DNA of 64,000 nt, from the NCBI RefSeq assembly GCF_009914755.1, contig NC_060934.1. One strand, 5' to 3'. The notes beneath the pieces were generated by a model. The model saw only the letters and a program-made list of their open reading frames with translations. It ran no database searches and was not told where the DNA came from. Source of the DNA: the human T2T-CHM13v2.0 reference genome, Homo sapiens. This document shows, in pieces, positions 51,850 through 64,000 of the stretch (position 1 is the first letter of the stretch; every line of letters begins with the position of its first letter). The position numbers and the translations under genes are program-made.

Positions 51850-53370
51850 TTATATATTAAGATGTATAACACGACATGCTGTTTGATATACTTATCTTGA
51901 TACACATATACACAGTGAAATGATTAATACAGTCAAACAAATTAACATACCCATTATCCCATACAGTTACCTTGTTTTCTTTCTTCTTGTTTATTGTGGT
52001 ACAAGTACTTAAAATCTATTGTCTTGGCAAATTAACAGTACATAATACAATATTATTAAATATAGCCCTCATGCTATACATTAGATCTCTTAGACTTATT
52101 CATCCAACATAACTGCAACTTTGTACCCTTTGATCTACATCTTTCCATCCTTCCCCAACACTGTTTTGTTTTTGTTTTTTGAGGCAGAGTCACTCTGTCA
52201 CCCAGGCTGGAGTGCAGTGGTGAAATCATGACTCACTGCAGCCTCAGCCTCCTAGGCTCAGGAGATCCTCCTTACCTCAGCCTCCTGAGTAGCAGGAACT
52301 ACAGGCACACGTCAGCAAGCCCGGATAATTTTTTATTTTTTGTAGAGACAGAGGCTCACCTATGTTGCTCTGGCTCATCTTGAACTCCTGGGCTCAAGCA
52401 ACCCTCCTATCTCGGCCTCTCAAAGTCCTGGGATTACAGGCATGATCCACCGCGCCTGGCCTCCAATCACTGCTTTGCTCTTTGTTTCTATGGTTTCCTT
52501 TTTTGATTGTTTTTTAGATTCCACATGTGAAATCATGCAGTATTCTTTGGTGTGTCTGGCTTATTTCACTTAGCATAATGTCTTCTACGTTCATCCATGG
52601 TGTTGCAAACGGTAGAATCTCCTTTTTTAAGGCTGAATATTCCATTGTGTGTATATATACCACAATTTCTTTATCCATTCATTCAGCCCATCAACAGATA
52701 TCTTTTTTCCATCTCCTAGCTATTCTAAATAATGTTGCAATGAACATGGGAGTGCAGGTATCTTCACAAAGTGGTGATTTTACTTCCTTTGGGCATACAA
52801 CTAGAAGAACTGCTGGGTCATATGGCAGCTGTATTTTCTTTAGGAAGCTCTACAGCATTTTCCACGGTGGCTGCATCAATTTACATTGCCACCAACAGTG
52901 TACAAGTGTTCCCTTTTCATGCATCATTGCCAACATTTATTTCTTATCTTTTTGATAAAAGGCATTCTAATAGGTATGAGATGATATCTCATTGTGGTTT
53001 TGATTTGCACTTCCCCTGATGATTAATGATGTTAAGCTCCTTTTCAAATACCTGTTAGCCATTTGCATGTCTGCTTTGGAGAAATGTCTATGCAGGTCCT
53101 TTGCCCATTTTTGGGTCATTTCTTTTTTCGCTATTGTTTGAGGTCCTCATATATTTTAGATGTTAATCCCTTAACAGATACATGGTTCGCAAACAGTTTC
53201 TCCCAATCCATAGGCTGCCTTTTTGTTTCTCCTTTGCTGCGCAGAAGCTTTTTAGTTTGAGGTAGTCCCACTTGTTTTTGCTTTTGCTGCCTGTGCTTTT
53301 GGTGTCCTATCCAAAAAAATCACTGCCGAGACCAAGGTCAAGAAGCTTTTCCTTTGTTTTCTTTTAGATC
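51850..53370 (-). mobile_element. old L1 (L1MA/MB-like) 3' region with an inserted AluJ (about 52163-52461)
   Basis: L1 3' UTR/ORF2-end reverse-complement motifs. Confidence 0.85.
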
Positions 53371-53417
53371 TTCTCATTTAAATACCAATATTAAAATCCA
53401 TAATAAAAATTATTCAA

Positions 53418-53725
53418 GGTTGGGAGCAGTGGCTCACACCTGTAATCCCAGCATTTTGAGAGGCCGAGGCAGGCAGATGGCTTTAGCTCAAGAGTTCTAG
53501 ACCAGCCTAGGTTAACATGGTGAGAACCCAACTCTACAAAAAATACAAAAATCAGCTGGGGATGGTGGTGTGCACCTGTGGTCCCAGCTACTTGGGAGGC
53601 TGAGGTAGGAGGATTGCTTGAGTCTACGAGATCAAGGCTGTAGTGAGCCAAGATCACACCACTGCACTTCAGCCTGGGCAGCAGAGTGAGACCCTGTTCC
53701 CAAAAAAATAACAAATAAATTAAAA
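53418..53725 (+). mobile_element. Alu (AluJ-like)
   Basis: Full Alu. Confidence 0.9.
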
Positions 53726-54637
53726 ATTGAAAAATATTATCCAAGTCTTTCTTATACAGTAAATGAAATCAGATATTATACAAAAATATACAGATTTGTG
53801 TATTGTGTCCTGGCATTAAAAATGCCATGTATTCAAGATTTCAGGGAAGAGGCTCTCCTTTCCAAAGTCTGACCCCATAAAATAAGATTACTTTTGGGAT
53901 TTTATAACTCATTCACTTATTAATTTATAATTTATTTAATAAACAAGTCATTTAAAGCCCACTGAAGATAAAAATATAGACTAATTAAATAAATAGCTAC
54001 TGTCTATTACACCCAGATACTGTGATTGAACAAAAGACTGTACCAGCCCTCATGAAACTTATATTGTAATTTACTCTGTTTATCCTTGAGGAACTCAGCC
54101 TACTAGGAAGGAGACCTTTAAATAATTTCAGCAATTCAGTAAGTACTATAAAATAACATGGAGGAGAGAGTACCAGTTGTTTAGAGAGGTCAGGAAGAAA
54201 TGTTTGAACTGAATCTTAATCAATCAGTAGTTTTCCATTAGGAAAATGCAAGAAAGGCAACGCAGGCAAAATAACCAAGCAAAGAAAAGGTTTACAGTAA
54301 ACTACAAAGCATTTATTGTGGCTGGAGTTGAGAAGCTTTCTTTGGTTTTGCTTCTGTTTGTTTTCACAGAAAGAGGTTTTCCAGGGGGCAAGGATGGGGG
54401 AAGGAGCAATAAAAGCTATGAAAGGTTAGTAGGGGTCAAAATCCTGAAGATTTTGTAAGCCACATTAGGGAATTTGGACTTTATCCCGCATTTAAGACCA
54501 AAATATCAGAGTTTAAGGAAATGAAATAATCAGAAAGATCACTATGAAGACATAGGAAAAACTGAACATATAATAGTATGGTAGATCATCAGCATGATGG
54601 TCTTTCAGGGTAAGTTTTAATCATCTTTAAAAATAAA

Positions 54638-55330
<693 letters not shown>

Positions 55331-55628
55331 TCAGCTTGGTAGCCAAAGTTAAAACTGCATGGCTTCTCCTCTTATTACCAAACCTTTTCTTTGTCTTCAT
55401 TTCATAAGTAACTGTAGGAAATTAGAATGATATAGATCAGTGGATCTCAAAACTGCAGTGTACATCAAAATCACAATCACCTGAGTAACTTGTTAAAAAT
55501 AAAAAAGCCTGGGCTGGGCTCCCCCATCAGTGATCTAGGTCAATGGTCTCCAAAGAAGAGTAACTGCATCAAGGGATGCAAAAAGCCTCCACTGGGATAC
55601 AGAAAGAAAATATCAGATCTTCTATTGA

Positions 55629-56215
<587 letters not shown>

Positions 56216-57683
56216 ACCCTCCAACCTCCAGCCCCCAAACATATCACCTTCTAATATTTCATCAAATATCACCCTGTTATTACTGATAAAAGCATCTACT
56301 TTATTATATTTTCCCAGTTACATAAATCCTTTTGAAAGTACAACAGGGATAAAAGACAAAATAATGGTTGTAGCTCTAGAAACTAAATGTAACTACTGAA
56401 GGCTTTTCAAACAGATTCTTAATTCAGGCTAGAGAGCCAACTGGATCAAATCCTTGATCAGGCCCTAACAGCTGACATGCCTAAAATATTCTATGGGAAT
56501 ACAAGCAGGAATGGATTGGGGATGATTTTTTCCCTTGTGATACAATCCAGGAGAGAAGTATGCGGAACGACATAATAAAAGAAACAGCTTTTACTCTCAT
56601 AGAAGAAAGATGCTAGCTAGCTTCAAGCACAGCTAACATTACAGGAAAAAGGAGATTTTGCTGTTAATGTCAATCAGTGCTTAAGACAAGAACAACAGTC
56701 TCAGCCAAGTACCAGCTTCTTTCTTTGTTAGAAAAGAGATTAAGCTTGTACTGTCATGAAAATATATCAAATCATTTATGTATATTTTTAAGGATTCAAA
56801 GATTATAATGTACCTTTATTATCTATGTAAACTCTAGGAATAACATATTTCAGGAATATGAAAATCTGGTTTTGCCAAAATAATCATTGCTACATATCCA
56901 TCAAATTGCACTTCTCCTCTCTTTAACCTAGTCACATTAACTATTCAATCAACACATTCATTGTCTACTACAAAGCAGATACCATTTTGTGACATATGTC
57001 ATATAAGCTGTTCTTTAGGGAGCAGAAAGAGCTAGGACAGACTTTATAAGAGTCTAAAATTAGGAAATATGATGTTTTCCTATGAAGTTCTACCAAATAT
57101 CCTTTATCTTTCCATTTTCATTCAAAATAAGTGCTCTAACCACAAAAGCAATTCCTGAACTTAGAAACAATCACTTCTGTCTCCCCCCAATTCATTTCTA
57201 TTATGATATTTATAAAAATGAAAAGCCTCACATATATTCTCATCTTTCCTTTTCTTTCCCTAATCTAGGCTACAAAACATGAGGGGAGGCGCAGTGTGGA
57301 ATTAAATCTAATTTGTTGTATGAATAGCTGAAGTGCATAAGCAAAGCTATAATGGCAAAATAGAACAGCTGTATTATAGAGAACTGCAATAAGCCAAATA
57401 TAGTTATTTGGCTATATATTCCACAGTTTACAAAGATAATAAACACCCAAATGCTTAAAGTATGCAGTGACTTCAGCACAGAGGCAGCCTTAAAGCATGA
57501 AATACCATGTCTCCAGGATACAGTCTTCAAGAGAAACTAATCTCTTGGTCTCAAACTAATGACTACTCTTCACTGAGGTTATAGCAAAACAAAGTGTTAG
57601 GTACTATATCAACTAAAAGGTACTATATCAATTACAAGGCTGGCCCACTGCCCCATCATACATTTCAAAACAAAAAGATTTAT

Positions 57684-57901
57684 CTGCTTGAGGAATCCAA
57701 AAATTTCTATTGGTCTCCGGACCTTGACTGTACCTTTGCCAATGTCAGTTTACTGTGTCACATTTCTAAATTATTAACAAGTGGAACATACTCCACCCCT
57801 ATGTTCAAGAGCTTGAACATATCGGAGAAATTAACTTCCCGAAGCTTGCTTTTAAAAAAGCACAAACTTGCCGCCCTAGAAAGCATGACTAAACTAAGCA
57901 T
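57684..57901 (-). pseudogene. putative decayed alternative first coding exon of NT5C2 (leader A)
   Basis: ATG-initiated single frame with two point stops, ending AG|ATAAAT in phase 2; inference only. Confidence 0.45.
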
Positions 57902-58271
57902 CCAATCTTAAAGCACAATTAGCCAGCAATTCCAACATACTAAGTCTTTGTAAGTTGCAGATTTGAGCATTAACATGAAAAACAATCTCTAGGTGACAGG
58001 AACACTCTAAAACGAAGCACAGACTTCAATATAAAGACAAATGTAACAGCTTTTATTATCATATCCCACAGCAGTTAAGACATTAAACTTGAATAAACTC
58101 CATCCAAGTAAATATAAATATTAACCATAAGAAATAGAGCCATTAATATAATGTGCTTTAGAAATAAGAATATTCTCACACTTAAGTAACATGAACATGC
58201 AATTTATTAAATTTGAAATTTTGTAAATAGCAATCTTAATGGCTTTAACTTGTAATTCAAAGCAGTATTAC

Positions 58272-58706
58272 CTCATCTGTCACTGGTTGCCGTTTTGAAA
58301 AGTGTAAAACTATCTGAGTCAACTAGTTCTTGAAGTCACATAACAAAATTCTTCGTAAGGTCCCTAGTATAGTTTTTTTGTGACTTAACTTCAAGAAGTT
58401 TAACCTGAATCAGGCCCCTCAAAAGCATGTATCTTCCGAGACAGTGCTGGAGAAAACACCTCTGTGTTTAATTTAACTTGTCATTGGATATCACTGTTGC
58501 TCCACACAAATCCATTTGGAATAGAATTTCTTTGGCAATGGTGAACTTTATCTGTAACTCCTCCCCTTGCCTAGGAGTCACAATTTCCTGGCCAAGTGCC
58601 CAATGACAGTTAGTGCAACAACAAATGAGACTAAGGATTCAAGTATAAAATCTTCTTGGGCATCTGTTTTCCTTATGGGCTTGCATAATTACACATTGAA
58701 AATTTG
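58272..58706 (-). pseudogene. putative decayed alternative coding exon of NT5C2 with a hydrophobic segment (leader B)
   Basis: Intact acceptor and GAG|GTAATA donor; protein-like frames broken by TGA stops and frameshifts; inference only. Confidence 0.4.
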
Positions 58707-60562
58707 CTACAATCAAGAAAAGAAAAAGTTACAAGTGCTTTTTGAGAGGGCAAATTGAAATTATGAACTAAAAAGTATGTGTCTGTATATATGCATATTT
58801 TTACTTAATAGAAAATGCTATAATGTGGATTTTTTGTTGAAAACCCAATCTCCAAACTAGTTCCTATTTCTGCTATGGGCACTCCCATTCTCCCACTCAA
58901 GCTTAAAATCTAGTTACTATCTTTTGATTCTTTCCTCTTCTTCAAATCCACATCCAATCATCTAATGTGCCTTCATTTAAATTACCAAACGTCTCTGGAA
59001 TCCAATCTTCCATTCAATTCACAGTGCTAACAACATGTCCAGGTCCTCATTAGTCCAGCAATCATCTCCCAATTGCTCTGCCCTCGCACTAATGCCAAAT
59101 TAATTGCTTTGAAGTAGTGCTACTCAAAGCATGGTCCACAGGCCAATGCTGGATTATGAACATTTGTTGCTAACCCATGACATGACACATACAGAAATTT
59201 TAAGTATTTAGAAACTTTTACAGTAATTTGACAGAGCAATTTTGTTTGTTGAATGTAGTAATAAAAAAGGTAGGCTTACATTTTGTGTCTTCATTTTTCT
59301 TGAAATTCATTTTTATTTTATAAACGTGTCCATTTGAAACAGATTGGAAAAAAGTTATTTATAAACTGGTCCTCCCTCACAGACAGTTTGAGAAGCACTG
59401 TCCTAAAACCCTGATCCAATCATATCACTCTCTTAAGAACTTTTAGTCATCGCTCACTACCTACCCAATTAATAAATTGCAAATTATTGGATCTTAAAGT
59501 TCAAAAACTTTCATTTTGTCAAAATCAGTTTGATCTTACATTGTCCCACATCATGCACCTTTGGCTGTAGTAATCAAAGTGAGCTACTTGCTATTTCCTA
59601 AATATGCCCTAAGGCTTTGTTTATATTCTTTTCCCTAAAAGGGCCACCTCAGTTATCTCTAATTATCAAGACCCTGCATCTCAAGTGATTTTGTCAAGGA
59701 ACTATCAATATTCTGGTTGTGCCACAGAACTATGTGACAGTAATGTCTCTGGGTCTCATTACTTTTCTACTTAATGAAAGAAACTGCATCAGCAACTAAA
59801 ATTCTATAAAGTTGTGACCCAAATGAGAGGCTTAAACCTTCAAAATTCCCTGTTTTGACACTTACTATATGTTGTCATAGACATAAAATATGGTAGTTCT
59901 CTTATTCTTTATTGGATTATAAACTTTGAGACCAGGATTTATAATCTTCCCAACACCTAACATAGGGCCTTGTAATAGCAGACACAATATTTAACTGAAC
60001 TAAAAATTAAGCTTAAACTAGAAACTTAATAGGGGTTTGTCATTGCCAGAGGCTGTGGGGAGGAGGGAACGGGCAGTTTCCGCTAATGGGTACAGGGTTT
60101 CTTGTGGGGGTAATGAAATGTTCTAAAATTAGATAGCGGTATTGGTTGCACAACTCTGTGAATATACTAAAATGATCAAATTGTATGCTTTAAAAGGGTG
60201 AATTGAATGATACGTGAATTGTATCTCAATAAAGCTGTTATTAAAAAAAAGTAATAGGAAGACCTCAGTCTGCCATTATGTCTCCATCCTCCGTAAAAAG
60301 TATGCTTAATGATATAAAAAGTATTATAGGTAAGAACTTTATGAAATGGATTCTTAAAAATTCAAAGCTCAAATACCATGGACATACAGACACAACAAGA
60401 AATTTTGGGTTAGATTCTAAAAGCAACAGACATCTAGTAGCATTAGTTTTGCTTTCATAAATTCTAACCAGTAACTTCTTACTAATTTGTTTTAACATTT
60501 TCTCTGAGGAACATCAAGAGGGATACATTTTGTTTATCAGATTGTGTCAAGAGAACAGCAGT

Positions 60563-60922
<360 letters not shown>

Positions 60923-62319
60923 ATCTGAACAAATGTGTTATCACTTATAAAATAAAACATGAAATTATAATACTCATTTTACTCACTCATATACTCAGTA
61001 TTTAAAAGTTCCAGAGAAAAGTCAGTATGGAGACATACATGGAACAAAATTTAAGATGATTAAGATTTAAAATGCCATCAATTATAAAATGTACCCATAT
61101 TATATACCAGTAAGAAAAGGGGGGAAATTCCAAGTCACAGCCTAGGAGATTCCACAAAAAGTTAGGATAGCAAAAGGGATATACTCATAATATGAGGATA
61201 AGGGAGAAATATATCTACAACACAGAAGGGCCCACAAAGAAATCTGTACATCTCAGCCTTGACTGTACATCTATTTCCCATTTTGTACTGCGTCCAGGGA
61301 GGGGGAAAATCTCTCCCTGAGAATTTGAACAAGTCAGTCATGTAGGTTGTGCTCTGAATTTATACTATCAGGATGGTTGATATTTTCCCCAGGTGACCGA
61401 AAGAAGCGAAAGCAAATCCTCTCTGGAAGAACTCAACTTGAATTCTAGGTGGTATATTGCCAGATATAGCCCAGTTTCTGGGATGTTTAAATGTAAAAGA
61501 AGGTCTATCTTAAAAACTATAAAATAATAGGAGTACTGATGATAATGCAGACTCTCTTTCCAGCAAAGATTTTAAAGCACACTTTAAGGAGATTCATCAA
61601 AAATATTTAAGGAAAAGACATTAAAATTCCCTTCACCTTCATTCTCAAATGAAGAAATTGTGATAATGGGAGCAGGATGGTAGGAAATATAAGAGAGGGC
61701 TGACTACCAAATTAGAAAAATACACAAGTTACGGGAGAAACCAGGACAATACCAGTACTTCTAAGAATATATTTACTATTCTAAAACCTCAGTCTAATTA
61801 AGCATAGGCTTTTCCAATCCCTTTTTTCCTATTTTCCTCTAAATTGTTTTTCACTTTTTCTCTACAATTTTTGAAAGACCAGTGTATAGAGGATCATTCA
61901 TAAAACACAGCAAAATTTCAGGGTTAAACTCTGTGAGATAGAAATTAGAGAAGAAAATATGGTTATCCATGTTAGCTAAGTCCAAATTAACAAGTATACT
62001 GTGCCTATATTGGAAGAAAGGTCAAAACCCAGAATTTAAAATAAAAACAAATAATAAAATTCATTTTGGCCTTTTACCTAAACGACAGCAACTCTAGTAA
62101 TTAAAAAAAAAAAAAAAAGCACTTTAACAACTCCAGAGGGCTAATTCAATCATGACACTGCAAAGAGAGTATATTTTTCCCTGCATTACACATCCTAGGA
62201 GCAACCATATTTTCCCAAAGATATCCTTTTGAATCAACAACCGCTTTACAAAATTTTAAATCAGCAGGATGAGGAGCTTCTCAAGTCTCATTCCTCCACC
62301 AACTTTACTAAGGTATCAT

Positions 62320-63900
62320 TTACTTAAAATAACATTCACCCCCCTTAAATGAAAATTTTGGTGAGTCTGATAACAGTATACACTCATGCAACAACTACTA
62401 CAATCAAGATGTAGAATATTTTCTTCAATCCAAAAAATTCCTTCATGTTCTTTTGCAATACCCTCCCCAGCCCTTGGCCCTGAGCTACCACTAGTACTTT
62501 CTGTCACTGTAGTTTTCATATAAATGGAATCAAGTATTACTTTGTCATGTGTCTGGCTTACTTAGCAATACTTCTGAGATTCATCCATGTTGCTGCATAT
62601 ATGATTAGTTCTTTTATTCCTGAGTATTTCATTGTATGGATATACCACAATTTGTTTATCCATTCAGTTAATGGACACTTGGTTTGTTTCCAGCTTTCGA
62701 CTATTATAAATAATGCTGCTACAAACAGTCACATACAAATTTATGTGGGCATTTTTTAATCTCTTGGGTAAATATCTAAAAATGGAATTACTAGGTCATA
62801 TGTTAAGCATATGTTTAACTTAAAAAGACATTGCCAAAACTCTTTTCTCTTTTGCACTCTTATCAGCAATGCATGAGAGTTACCATTGCTCCACAGTCAG
62901 TGTTTTTAATTGTAGCCATTTTAGTGTGTGTGCAGTGGTATCTCACTATAGTTTTAATTTGTATTTCCCTAATGACCAATAACATCTTTTCAAATCCAAT
63001 TTTGTGAAGCATCAATTCAAATATTTTGCCCGTTTTTAAACTGGGCTGTCTTATTATTGAATTACAAGAGTTCTTCGTATATTTTGGATCCAAGTCTTTT
63101 ATCAGATATAAACATATTCAGAATATTTTCTCCCAGTCTGCAGCTTGCCTTTAAATATTCTTCATGATGTCTTTCAAGAAACAGGAATTTGATTTTTTAA
63201 ATTTTGATGAAGCCCAACTTATCAGTTTTGTCTAACAATTTTTATTCAGTTTACCTAAGAAATGTGTACCTCATTCAGGGTCACAAAGATTATATTCAGG
63301 TCTATGATCCATTTATTTTAATGTACAGTTTGAGATAAAGGTCAAGGGTCAAGGTTCATTTTTTTTTTCCTATATGAATATTCAGTTGTTCCAGTACATT
63401 TGTTAAAAACACTAGCCTCTCCTGGCCAGGCACAGTGGCTCACGCCTGTAATCCCCAGCACTTTGGGAGGCCAAGGTGGGTGGATCATCTGAGGTCGGGA
63501 GTTCGAGACCAGCCTGACCAACATGGAGAAATCCTGTCTCTACTAAAAATATAAAATTAGCCGGGCATGGTGGTGCATGCCTGTAATCCCAGCTACTAAG
63601 GAAGGCTGAGGCAGGAGAATCGCTTCAACCTGGAGGTGGAGGTTGCGGTGAGCCAAGATTACGCCACTGCACTCCAGCCTGGGCAACAAGAGTGAAACCT
63701 GTTCTTAAAAAAAAAAAAAAACACTAGCCTCTCGCCATTGAATTAGCTTAACTTCATTGCTGAAAATCAATTGATTATATATATGTGGGTCTATGAACTC
63801 CCCATTTGGTTCCATAATCTATATGCCTATCTTAACACTAATATCACACTGTCTTAATTACCATAGACTTACATAAAGCTCAAGTATAACTTTGGGTGAT
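62320..63900 (-). mobile_element. old L1M fragment(s) with an inserted Alu (63424-63720, plus; TSD aaaaacactagcctctc)
   Basis: L1 reverse-complement motifs (atggatataccacaatttgtttatccattca; atattttctcccagtctg). Confidence 0.82.
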
Positions 63901-64000
63901 TTAACTCTATTAATCTTTTCCTATTACTATTAGGGAAATATTTCATAGCTATCAAATGATAACACGGTACTAAATGTCAATATTGCACTTATGAAAACGG

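Noticed and set aside
56481-56639. Possible fourth decayed leader (MLAVLEAS*HLSSMRVKAVSFIMSFRILLSW..., ending TAG|GCATGT)
   Set aside because: Wrong phase, non-GT donor and an internal stop; cannot be distinguished from chance without alignments
57270-57530. 86-aa hydrophobic minus-strand ORF
   Set aside because: Non-ATG start, T-rich composition explains the hydrophobicity, no suitable splice donor

Overview
Human genomic DNA (Alu-rich, with an SVA_F-type element) covering most of NT5C2 (cytosolic purine 5'-nucleotidase II, HAD superfamily) on the minus strand. It contains 16 coding exons with GT-AG boundaries, from the DMDYT motif-I exon (51649-51722) to the stop at 1913-1915, plus the 3' UTR. 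Spliced together they give an intact 1585-nt frame; the first ~33 codons lie beyond the right edge. Exon c. numbers are back-calculated from the stop assuming the canonical 561-aa protein. The introns hold many Alus, L1/MIR/LTR fragments, a full-length THE1 provirus, an RPS15A processed pseudogene and a tailless U6 fragment. Main second-look items: (1) a cluster of apparently decayed alternative N-terminal coding exons (57.7-62.2 kb) ending in phase 2, which would fuse mitochondrial-targeting-like or hydrophobic leaders onto RVFVNRSL (inference, unverified); (2) an SVA_F whose target-site duplication (TSD) reveals a ~300-bp 5' transduction; (3) an old L1PA with a ~310-bp 3' transduction; (4) an in-frame 24-nt microexon (SQVAVQKR) and a 61-nt poison exon; (5) a plus-strand polyA signal implying tail-to-tail antisense overlap with the last exon. 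Repeat boundaries and subfamilies were read by eye and are approximate.
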